Assembly: GCF_006345805.1 (NCBI RefSeq)
Contig: NW_021835968.1
Span: 1 to 64,000, forward strand
Length of the DNA: 64,000 bases
Direction of reading: 5' to 3'
Source: Octopus sinensis
Taxonomy: Eukaryota
Shown: piece by piece, positions 38,473 to 49,820 of the stretch
Layout of the letters: each line of letters begins with the position of its first letter
Numbering within the stretch: position 1 is the stretch's first letter
Made by a program: the position numbers and the translations under genes
The notes under the pieces: generated by a model
Database searches by the model: none
The model's input: the letters and a program-made list of their open reading frames with translations, nothing else
What the model was told of the DNA's origin: nothing

Positions 38473-39553
38473 CCATCACCATCATCATCATCATCGTCAT
38501 CATCGTTTAACATCCGTTTTCCATGCTAGCGTAGGTTGGATGGTTCGACTGGGGTCTGGGAAGCCAGGAGGCTGTGCCAGGCTCCAGTCTGATCTGGCAG
38601 TGTTTCTACAGCTGGATGCCCTTCCTAACGCCAACCACTCTGTGAGTGTAGTGGGTGCTTTTTACTTGCCACCAGTACAGGGGCCAGAGGAGGCTGGCAA
38701 TGGCCACAATTGGTTGGTGCTTTTTACGTATCACCAACACGGATGCCAGTCAGGCAGCACTGGCATCAGCCACGTTTGGTTGGTGCTTTTTTCGTGCTAC
38801 CAGCACGGGTATCATAACTACAATTTCCATTTGATTTTTATTTTGATGTTGATGTTGACGTACTTGACTCAATAGGTCTCCTCAAGCACAGCGGGTCACT
38901 CTACGATCCAAGGTTAGCACAGCAGGCCGTCCTGCGAACCATGAACTCACTTCATTTGTCGGGTCTTCGCAGTCACAGCATATCTCAGACGTCTCGGTCT
39001 TTCGTCATTTCCTCATTTCCTTGTGTTAATTTTTCCATGCTGGCATGGATTAGGCAGATCAACAGGATCTGGCAAGGTGGAGAGCTGCACAAGGGTCCAG
39101 TTGTCTGTTTTGGTATGGTTACTACAGCTGGATGACCTCCCTAATGCCAGTCACTTTACAGCATGTACAGGGTGCTTTTATGTGGCACCGGCATGGGTGC
39201 TTTATAAGCATGGAGCTAGCATGAGTGCTTTTTTATGTGGCACTACCATTTGTGCTTTTTATGCAGCACCAGCATGTATTTTGGAATATAAAGTGCCGGT
39301 GACACATAAAAAGCATCATTCAAGCGTGGTTGATGCGAGTGCCATCTGACTGGTCCTTGTGCCAGTGGGACATAAAAACACCCATTACACTCTCGGAATG
39401 ATTGGCATTAGGAAGGGCATCCAGCTGTAGAAACCTGAAACCATGCCAGATCAGATTGGAGCCTGGTGCAGCCTCCTGGTTTGCCAGTCCTCAGTCAAAC
39501 TGTCCAAACCATGCCAGGATGGAAAGCAGAGGTTAAACAATGATGGTGATGAT
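38473..39553. mobile_element. Back-to-back RTE 3'-tail fragments (two minus, one plus)
   Basis: GGAAGGGCATCCAGCTGTAGAAAC..AGCATGGAAA..(GAT)n tail shared with the RTE LINEs at 20224 and 45192. Confidence 0.8.
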
Positions 39554-40599
39554 AAAAGTGTACTTTAAATGAAATACTTTTAGTATAGTACAGAGGATTT
39601 TTTTTATTTCTTGTGGAGTATCCTGGAGTAGAGAGGGCATGTCATAGATGAGGTTAGGAATAGTGATTAAAGGACTCTGACAACCTGATTGATTGATTGA
39701 GCAAATGGTTAATCAAACAATCATAACCAGGTGCAGACATGGCTGTGTGGTAAGAAGTTTGTTTCTCAACCACGTGGTTCTAGGTTCAGTTCTGCTGTGT
39801 GGCACCTTGGGCAAGTGTCTTATACTAACTTTGGACCAACTAAAGCCTTGTGAATGGATTTGGTAGCCAGAAACTGAAAGAAGCCTGCCATATATGTGTG
39901 TGTGTCCCACCACCATTGATAACAAATGTTGGTCTGTTTACACCCTTGTAACTTAGTTATATGGCAAAAGTGAACAATAGAGTGAGTACCAGACTTTAAA
40001 AAAAAAGTACTGGGTCAATTCATTCAACTAAAATCCTTCAAGGTTGTAACCCAGCATGGCCACGGTCTAATGACAGACACATATAAAAGATTAAAGATTA
40101 TAAAAGAAGTGAGTGGGCAGAAATGTTAGCATGCCTGGCAAAATGCTGAGCAGTATTTCATCTGTCTTTATGTTCTGAGTTCAAACTTCACCGAGGTCGA
40201 TTTTGCCTTTCATCCTTTAGGGGTCGATAAATTAAGTACCAGTTGAATACTGTGATTGATCTAACCAACTGGCCCCCTCCCCCCAAATTTCGGGCCTTGT
40301 GCTTAGAGTAAAAAAGATTATTGGCAGAATATCCTTCCAAACGTGCAACAGAATTTGTTTCAATACGCAAGTTCACCTCAAGAATCTTGCAAACCAAATA
40401 CTGGATAGAGAATACACTTTAGAATATGTTTTCAGGAATATAAAATATATTTTAGAATATGTTCTTTAGAATGGAGAATATATTTTGGAATAGAGCTTCC
40501 TTTGGAATATGGTATATTTTCAGAGTATAGAATATTTTAAAAAACACAGTGCTTTAGAATATTGAATATACTTTGGAATGCATGCATTGTATTCTCATA

Positions 40600-40632
<33 letters not shown>

Positions 40633-40987
40633 ATATGTATGTAAAATATACATATATACAGAAAGCAAAAGAGGGAGATAGATACATAGATTAATACATG
40701 TGTTTATAGACTGATATGATATAAAGATACATAGATATGTGTGTTGTGTATATAGATATGTGTGTGCATATATATATATACATATATATATATATAAAAT
40801 ATATATGTATATATAAAATACAGTGTACATTTAAACACATAAGAGGCATCCATCATTAGGACTCCTTGTACGCTAGAGAGAACTGTTAATATATAAATCT
40901 ATATATATATATATATATGTAGGTCCCGGGTTGATTCGGGGTTAACCACAGTAAATAAGGTACTCAATACATAGCAGAGTAAAATTA

Positions 40988-41117
40988 ATTTATTATATAG
41001 AAGGAGCTTCTACAGGACTAGAACTGTTTCATTCAAGAGAAATCTTCAGGATTTGAGCTTCCTGAAGATTTCTCTTGAATGAAACAGTTCTAGTCCTGTA
41101 GAAGCTCCTTCTATATA

Positions 41118-41123
<6 letters not shown>
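40988..41123. repeat. Perfect 64-bp-arm hairpin with 8-nt loop
   Basis: 40988-41051 is the exact reverse complement of 41060-41123; within a ~205-bp insert between (TA)n tracts. Confidence 0.95.
41055..41107 (+). ncRNA. Minimal type I hammerhead ribozyme
   Basis: Stem I GAGCUUC/GAAGCUC (7 bp), core CUGAAGA, short stem II UUC/GAA, GAAA, stem III ACAG/CUGU; predicted cleavage after GUA at 41100. Confidence 0.8.
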
Positions 41124-41170
<47 letters not shown>

Positions 41171-41970
41171 TAAATATTTATAGATGCATCTGTAGAGGCA
41201 TTATATTTATGTGCATACACACACACATATACACATATATATTCTTTAGAAGTCCATGTGTTGACTTTTACTATCACATTAACTTTCTCATAGAGTTCCA
41301 CTGTTCAGCTACAAACTATTGAATAATATTAAAATTCCTTTGTTCTCTTCTTGAACTTATGGAGTTAGTGAAGAATATAAAATTTGGTCTGCTGAAGAAA
41401 TAAGGTATAAGGAGACTTAAAGAGAGTTCATTCATAAAAGTTTCTATGAGTTTTTATAGCAGATTAGGTTCAATAAAGGTCAAGTTGAAGTTAAACTAAT
41501 GTCTAGTGTTTAGTAGTAGATTTCGTTTTATAGCTAGGCCTACGTGTGTATAGCATCTATGTGTTTTTGTGTGTTTGTAAGTGTGTATGTATATATACAC
41601 ACACACACGCACATATATACAGAGAGAAAGATGTATGTGTATATATCTGCACACATATAGACATGACTGGCAGCCACACAGTTTCTGTCAGCCAAATTCA
41701 CTCTGATGGCATTTGTCAGCTTGAAGACATTTGCCTAAGTTGCCACGCAGTGAAACTGAACCCGAAACATGTGTCTGAGAAGCTTTTTAACCACACAACC
41801 AGAACTGCTGTGTATAAGATGTGTATATACACAATATGTGTGTGTGTGTTTGTGTGTGTGTATATACATACATACATACATATGTGTATGTGTGCCCCAG
41901 CATGGCCGCGGCCTTCGGGCTAAAACATTTTTAAGGATTTAAGGATATATATATATATATATATATATAT

Positions 41971-42877
41971 TGATAAAACGGTAAGATAACAAAAGAAAGA
42001 AAGAGACCTCAATATTATGTAAATAGAGGAAATTTATCTATACAATATGTTACATTACTCGGTAGTCAAGATAAAACTCTGAGTTTCAGATGCCGAAGTG
42101 GAAATCCACAACACCATCTCTTCGGTTATCTGGCTATTTGAAAACGTTATGAAAAAATACCGTTAAAAATGAAGGGAAATTACTCTGTTATAACTCTGCT
42201 TTGCCTGCGTACTTATACATCGCTCGCGTTTTTCGTCATAAAAATTATATAAAAATACATAAAAATATATAAAAATATATAAAATATATAAAATCTTCTT
42301 GGGACATAACACAGAAAGCAGTCTATCCGTTTTCTTTAGGGGACCAAAAACGTAACAGAAATTTAGTCACATGTGGGCATGATCCGAAAAGCTCTGTCCT
42401 TGTATTTAGACATGTGGTAGGGTCTAAGCTGCTTTTCCAGATAAGCCATCTCTCCATGTCGCATAAACCGCACCTTCCGCTGCCGTTAGTGTAGGGCTTA
42501 CATCTGGCCAAAATCTTCCATTGTATGTTATAATCGACACCTTTATCTCTTAAAGACCAAATATGATTGGATAATTGTGTCGCTTTTCTTTTGTTCCAGT
42601 GCCTAAAGCTCAAAGTGTGGTTATTGAACCTGGCCTTGAAATTACCCTCTGTCAGGCCCACGTATTTCTTCGTCGAAACGGTGTCTTTAGTGTTATAGAG
42701 TTTACGGTAGCTTCATATATGATGGTCTTGGACATGCAAGCTCCATTTAGCAGGCACAATTCTTTATTCCTGCATGAACATAGCCAGATAACCGAAGAGA
42801 TGGTGTTGTGGATTTCCACTTCGGCATCTGAAACTCAGAGTTTTATCTTGACTACCGAGTAATGTAACATATTGTAT

Positions 42878-42882
<5 letters not shown>
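41971..42882 (-). mobile_element. 5'-truncated Penelope-like element with inverted pseudo-LTR, inserted in (TA)n
   Basis: GIY-YIG remnant plus perfect 103-bp inverted repeat 42035-42137 / 42780-42882. Confidence 0.85.
42323..42760 (-). pseudogene. GIY-YIG endonuclease domain of a Penelope-like element (Neptune-like), truncated
   Basis: CLLNGACMSKTIIYEATV..KYVGLTEGNFKARFNNHTLSF..TQLSNHIWSL..IQWKIL..CGLC..E..LNTRTELFGSCPH. Confidence 0.85.
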
Positions 42883-42918
<36 letters not shown>

Positions 42919-43559
42919 CACACCCACACACATACATGTGCATATATGGGTACAGGACGTCACCAACAGTAAACAACATGAAATACAAAAACGAATGCAT
43001 TGAATGCACAAACGAGAGAAACAAATGGAAAACAGGACAAGTAATAGAAAGTTGTCTGCTGTCTATCTACTCCTAATTTCGAGCATTGAATATGAATACC
43101 AAAATAAAATTTGGGGTTTATGGAGGGTCAAAGTTGGGGATAAAAACAGGACAGTGAAAACATAAAAGGGCAGCACTGAGAGAAAAGAAAGATGATCATG
43201 TAAGGAAAAGAAAGATGGATGATGGTTACATGTGAGCAGTGAGAGAGAGTAAAGGAGAAAGAGGGGGGAGGGAGAGAGGCAGATAGAAAACAGTGAAGGA
43301 GAGAAAAAAAGGGAATTAGCGAAAGGATGAGAGAGAAAACAATAGGAGTGTCAATATATCATATATCTGAAAAAGAAACATACTCTAAAAATTTCAGGCC
43401 TTGTGCAGATAATTGAAAGGATTGTAATTATTATTATTCATTACATAGCTAGATAGATATATGTGTGTGTAAAATCTGTGTCTGTATACATAAAAAACTA
43501 TCTATCTATCTATCAGTTTGTCTGTCTGCCTGTCTATCTCTATCTCTCCTTCTCTCTCT

Positions 43560-43595
<36 letters not shown>

Positions 43596-43795
43596 CATTC
43601 TTTGGAGTGGTTGGCATTAGGAAGGCCATCCAGCTGTAGAAACTCTGCCAGACCGGATTGGAGCCTGGTGCACCTGCTGGCCCTCCAGACCTCAATCAGA
43701 CTGACCAACCTATGCCAGCATGGAACACGGACGTTAATCGATGATGATGATATATATATGTGTATATATATATATATAAACTTGTAATGGCATAC

Positions 43796-43819
43796 ATTTT
43801 GTTAGCTACTTGACTACAT
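43796..43819 (-). CDS. Candidate 24-nt microexon CSQVANK
   Basis: Long pyrimidine tract CTCTTGTTTATTTTTAACCTTTTCAAG, donor GTATGC; only one frame open (phase 2-2). Confidence 0.3.
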
Positions 43820-44335
43820 CTTGAAAAGGTTAAAAATAAACAAGAGACTTGCAGAATAAATGAATAAAGGAATGAGTGGCTGGATAAACTGAATGATTTA
43901 ACAGGAATAATATACAAAGGGGGAGCAGGATGGGAAAGGTCAGATTATAAGCCAATGTGCGGTATGTATGTGTGCCAACACACGTGGTGTATGCATGAGC
44001 AGATATATGTTTGTGTCTGTCGGGAGTGTCTCGTTATGTATATGAATGTTTGTCTGCATGTGTACCGCTGTGTGTGTTTGTGTTTTTCTATGTATGTATG
44101 TGTGCATGCTTGAGTTTGTAATCATGTATATGATATGAACATGTATTTGTCCACTCGTCTGTATGCAGGCAGATATGTATGTATACATATATGTATATGT
44201 GTGTATGTATGTATATATATATGTGTGTGTACATATAAACATTTATAGGTATACATATATATACGTATATATATATCTATCATCATCATATACACACACA
44301 CACACACACACACACATATGATATATATGTATATA

Positions 44336-44738
44336 GGCGTAGGAGTGGCTGTGTGGTAAGTAGCTTGCTTACCAACCACATAGTTCCAGGTTCAGTCCTA
44401 CTTCATGGCACCTTGGGCAAGTGTCTTCTACTATAGCCTCGGGCTGACCAAAGCCTCGTGAGTGGATTTGGTTGATGGAAACTGAAAGAAGCCCGTTGTA
44501 TATATGTGTGTATATATGTGTGTGTGTGTGTATGTTTGTGTGTCTGTGTTTGTCCCCCCAACATTGCTTGGCAACCGATGCTGGTGTGTTTACATCCCTG
44601 TAACTTAGCGGTTCGGCAAAAGAGACTGATAAAATAAGTACTAGGCTTACAAAGAATAAGTCCTGGGGTCGATTTGCTCGACTAAAGGCAGTGCTCCAGC
44701 ATGGCCACAGTCAAATGACTGAAACAAGTAAAAGAGTA
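44336..44738 (+). mobile_element. SINE family A, full length
   Basis: Head GGCGTAGGAGTGGCTGTGTGGTAAG to tail GACTGAAACAAGTAAAAGAG. Confidence 0.9.
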
Positions 44739-45049
44739 TATGTATACATATGTATGTGTATATATATATATATATGACCTTCGAAACATGGAGTAGATGA
44801 AACAAAGGCGACTGAAGAAGGGGAATTTTCCTTGTATTGTATGTCCTGTACTCTATTTTTTCGTTGTTTCAGAAAAATCTCCATTTCCTTGGTTTTGTGT
44901 TTATGTTTTCGTTTCTCCTTGTGTTCGACGTTTTTTGGTGTCCTGTACGCATATATGCATATATATATACATGTAGAGGTAGGAACGTACATATATGTAT
45001 GTATATAGCATACGTTTTATTTTATCTATTAATGTTTATATATTATATA

Positions 45050-45082
<33 letters not shown>

Positions 45083-45114
45083 TATTTATATATTACACAC
45101 ACACATATATGTAT

Positions 45115-45159
<45 letters not shown>

Positions 45160-45191
45160 ATATATATATATATATATATAATATATATATA

Positions 45192-48127
45192 TGCCAAAAC
45201 CTTCCCAGGCGAAGAATGTACCCCACAACATAGACTGGTAGTTAGTAACTTTAGGATCAGGACTAAGAGGACGACTAGAAGACGACCAACATGGAGAAGA
45301 AGGGTCTGGAAGCTTAAAGACCCTGTGAATGGACAGAGATTTAGATACATGTTACTTGAAGCCTTTGACGAAATAGAAGGGGGTATAGCTACACATGGGG
45401 TAGAAGACAACTGGACGCTTCTAAGGGACAACCTGCTGAAAGCCACTGGCCAGATCTGTGGCTGGTGCAAAGTCTCCTCAAGACCCAAAATAATGTGGTG
45501 GTGGAACAATATTGTTGACAGGGCTATTAGACAAAAGAAACAGGCTTGGAAAGACTGGAAGAACGGTGGTAGCAGGGAAGTGTATCTGACTGCCAGAAGG
45601 GAAGCTAGGAGGCAGGTGTATTTAGCCAGAGGGGAAGCAGATAAGAAAAAATTTGCCAATGTTCTGCGCCATGAGGATGAAAGACTTGAGGTATTTCATG
45701 TTGCAAGACAGTGTGTGAGAGAGAATCGTGATGTGGTAGGAGAGAAATGTGTTCGCAAGGATGACAGTTCACTTGCGCTAAATGAGGATGCAAAGAGAGA
45801 GGTTTGGAGACGCCACTATGAAAGGTTGCTGAATGAGGAAAATGAATGGGATAAAGAGAGTCTGCTGAATGTCGACCCAACAGAGGGACCAGCAATCCGA
45901 GTTGACAGTTCCTTAGTAGTTAAGGCAATTACAAGCATGAAAACAGGGAAAGCCCCAGGCCCATCAGGAATTACTGCAGAGATGCTCAAAATATCTGGCA
46001 GTGTCGGCTATAGCCAAGTTACCCGTATAGTTAACACAAAGGAGTCATACCTAATGACTGGTGTAGCAGCATAATAGCCAACTGCTACAAAGGTAAAGGT
46101 GATGCTCTAGATACAAATAACTACAGGGGTATCAAGCTGCTGGATCAGGTAATGAAGGTTACGGAGAGGGTTATAGCCCAACTAATTAGAGAGAGAGTTA
46201 GTTTAGATGAGATGCAGTTTGGGTTCATGCCAGGGAAAAGTACTACTGATGCTATATTCCTGGTAAGACAGCTGCAGGAGAAATACCTAGCCAAAGGTAA
46301 AGCCCCTGTACCTGGCTTTTGTTGACATGGAGAAAGCCTTCGACAGGATACCCCAATCCCTTATCTGGTGGTCAATGAGGAAATTAGGGATAGATGAATG
46401 ATTAGTGAGAGCTGTGCGAGCCATGTACAGAGACGCTGCTAGTAAGGTGAGGGTTGGCAACGAGTACAGTGAAGAATTCCGGGTAGAGGTTGGGGTCCAC
46501 CAAGGTTCAGTCCTCAGTCCCCTCCTATTTATCATAGTCCTGCAGGCAATAACGGAGGAATTCAAGACAGGATGCCCCTGGGAGCTCCTCTATGCTGATG
46601 ACCTTGCTCTAATTGCTGAGTCACTATCAGAACTGGAGGAGAAGTTTCAGGTATGGAAGCAAGGATTAGAATTGAAGGGCCTTAGAATCAACTTAGCCAA
46701 AACCAATGTCCTAATAAGTAGGAAGGTAGACCAATCACAAACGCCTTCAGGTAGATGGCCCTGCTCGATCTGTAAAAAAGGTGTAGGTAGAAACTCTATA
46801 AGGTGCACAAAGTGTAAGCTATGGACACATAAGAGGTGCAGCAATGTCAAAGGAAGGCTAACTAGGAAAATAGTTTTTGTCTGTGGCAGATGCTCAGGAG
46901 CAATAAACACTGAAAATGTGCAGAGACCAACTTCTACCACGTTCCAGGGAGAAAAACTAGAAGTAGTTGATAGCTTCCGCTACCTAGGTGACCAAGTCAG
47001 TAGCGGGTGTGGGTGTGCTGAAAGTGTAACTGCTAGAGTAAGAATAGCCTGGGCAAAGTTTAGGGAGCTCTTACCCCTGCTGGTGACAAAAGGCCTCTCG
47101 CTCAGAGTAAAAGGCAGACTGTATGATGCATGTGTACATACAGCCATGCTACATGGTAGTGAAACATGGGCTGTGACTGCTGAGGATATGCGTAAGCTCG
47201 CAAGAAATGAAGCCAGTATGCTCCAATGGATGTGTAATGTCAGTGTTCATAATCGACAGAGTGTAAGTACCTTGAGAGAAAAGTTGAACCTAAGAAGCAT
47301 CAGTTGTGGTGTGCAAGAGAGACGTTTGCACTGGTATGTGACGAGAATGGCTGAAGATAGTTGTGTGCAAAAGTGCCACACCCTAGCAGTTGAGGGAACC
47401 TGTGGAAGAGGTAGACCTAGGAAAACCTGGGACGAGGAGGTGAAGCACAACCTTCGAACTTTAGGTCTCACTAAGGAAATGACTAGAGACCGAGACCTAT
47501 GGAAGTATGCTGTGCGTGAGAAGACCCGGCAAGACTAGTGAGACCATAACCCGTGGCCTCTACCTGGTATGTAGCCAGTCGACTTATACATACCTTTCCT
47601 TCTTGGGACACAAAACTCCACTTGTGAAGACCTGTTGAGGCAAGTGAAAATCAAAAATCAAAATCAAACCAAATCAAATCAGATATCAGAAAGCAGAACC
47701 AAAATCGAAGTCGATCAACATCAATGGAAATTGCAGCTGTGATACCAGTGCTGGTGACAAGTAAGCGAACCATCCGATCGTGGCTGTTGCCAGAGCACCG
47801 CCCCGACTGGCCTCCGTGCCGGTGGCACGTAAAAAGCACCATCCGTTTGTGGCCGTTGCCAGCCTTGCCTGTCCCCTGTGCTGGTGGCACGTAAAAAGCA
47901 CCATCCGATCGTGGCCATTGCCAGCCTCGCCTGGCCCCCGTGCCGGTGGCACGTAAAAAGCACCCACTACACTCACGGAGTGGTTAGCGTTAGGAAGGGC
48001 ATCCAGCCGTAGAAACACTGCCAGATCAGACTGGGCCTGATGCAGCCTTCTGGCTTCACAGACCCCAGTTGAACCATCCAACCCATGCTAGCATGGAAAG
48101 CGGACGCTAAATGATGATGATGATGAT
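45192..48127 (+). mobile_element. 5'-truncated RTE-clade LINE, ~2.9 kb, disrupted ORF
   Basis: End of APE domain (QHRLVV), WWWN, KAPGPSGITAEMLK, NYRGIKL, QFGF, FVDMEKAFD, GVHQGSVLSPLLF, YADD, PHD-like finger; frameshifts ~46030 and ~46300, stop ~46399; (GAT)n tail. Confidence 0.95.
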
Positions 48128-48724
48128 ATATATATATATACACACATGCTCACACATATATGTATACAAATATATATATATATATATATTTTTTTTCTTG
48201 TTTCAGCTCAGAGCTGCGGCCATGCTGATGCACCGCCGTTATATATATATATACATATATATACACACGCACATATATGTATACATATATATATATGTAT
48301 ATATACACTTTTCTCTAATCATATGCATGTATATAGGCATACGCATGTATGTGCCTGCATCTATTTCTGTGCGTGTATGCATATGTGTTTACACAGCTGT
48401 ATGTATTCATATATGTCTGCATGTGCATATCAGTAATCATGAACGTGTGTGTGTGGTATGTTTGCGTACATAATATACTTAAGATAACCAAACGTCATCC
48501 AGTTCATATGGAGACTCAGCTTATTGATAACACTGTGGAAAGTTTCATTTGAAAATTAGATATAACCATGGTGATGATGGTGGTGGTGGTGGTGGTGGTG
48601 GTGTCAAGATGCAAGATAATGGGAATGATGATGATGGTGATGGTGGTGATGATGTTCATGAGCTATCATTAATTTGATATCTCCTTGATATAAAACTGAT
48701 AAATCTTCCAGTGAATTTTAGCAA

Positions 48725-48744
48725 TATATTATCATTATTTTTAC

Positions 48745-48792
<48 letters not shown>

Positions 48793-48845
48793 TATTATTA
48801 TTATTATTATTATTAATATTATTATTATTATTATTATTATTACTA

Positions 48846-48888
<43 letters not shown>

Positions 48889-48907
48889 TACTACTATTAT
48901 TACTATT
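48725..48907. repeat. Long (ATT)n microsatellite
   Basis: Direct inspection. Confidence 0.95.
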
Positions 48908-49352
48908 AAGCTGACAAACTGGCAGAATTGTTAACATGCCGAGCAAAATGTTTAGCAACATTTTGTCTATCCTTAGGTTCTGAGTTCAAATTCCACCGAG
49001 GTTGATTTTGTTTCCCATCTTTTTAAGGGTCGATAAAATAATTACCAATTTAACACTGGGGTCAATATAATTGACTCATCCCCGCACTCAAAACTGCTGC
49101 CCTTGTGGCAAAATTTGAAGCCATATTATTATTATTATTGAAGCGGTGAGCTGGTAGAATAGTTATTACGCCAGGCAAAATGCGTAGTGGCATTTTGTTT
49201 GTCCTTATGTTCTGAGTTCAAATTCCGCTGAGGTAGATATTGCCTTTCATCCTTTTGGGATCAATAAATTAAGTACCAGTTGAGTACTGGGGTCAATGTA
49301 ATTGACTAGCCCCCTCCCCCAAATTTCAGGCCTTGTGCCTATAGTAGAAAAG

Positions 49353-49405
<53 letters not shown>

Positions 49406-49605
49406 GGTAGCAAGCTGGCAGAATCATTAGCACTCCAGGCAAGATGTTTAGCAGCATTTCATCTGTCTTTACATTCTGAGTTCAAATTCTGCCATGGTTG
49501 ACTTTGCCTCGTGGTTGATAAATTAAGTACCAGTGAAACACTGAGGTCAATGCAGTCAATTAGTCCCCTCCCCCCAAATTTCAGGCCTTGTGCCTTTAGT
49601 AAAGG

Positions 49606-49650
<45 letters not shown>

Positions 49651-49820
49651 GTTATTATTATTATTTAGGTCTGTGGATTGGTAGAATTGTTAGAACATTA
49701 AAATATCTTGTGGTGGTATTTGTTCTGGTTTTTGATGTCCCTAAGTTCAAATCCTGCAACAGTTAACTTTGCTGTTCATCCCTCCAGAGCTGATAAAATA
49801 AAGTACCAGTCAAATATGGA
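48908..49820 (+). mobile_element. Four head-to-tail SINE family B copies separated by (ATT)n
   Basis: Repeated head GCTGGCAGAAT..TTAG and family B core. Confidence 0.85.
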
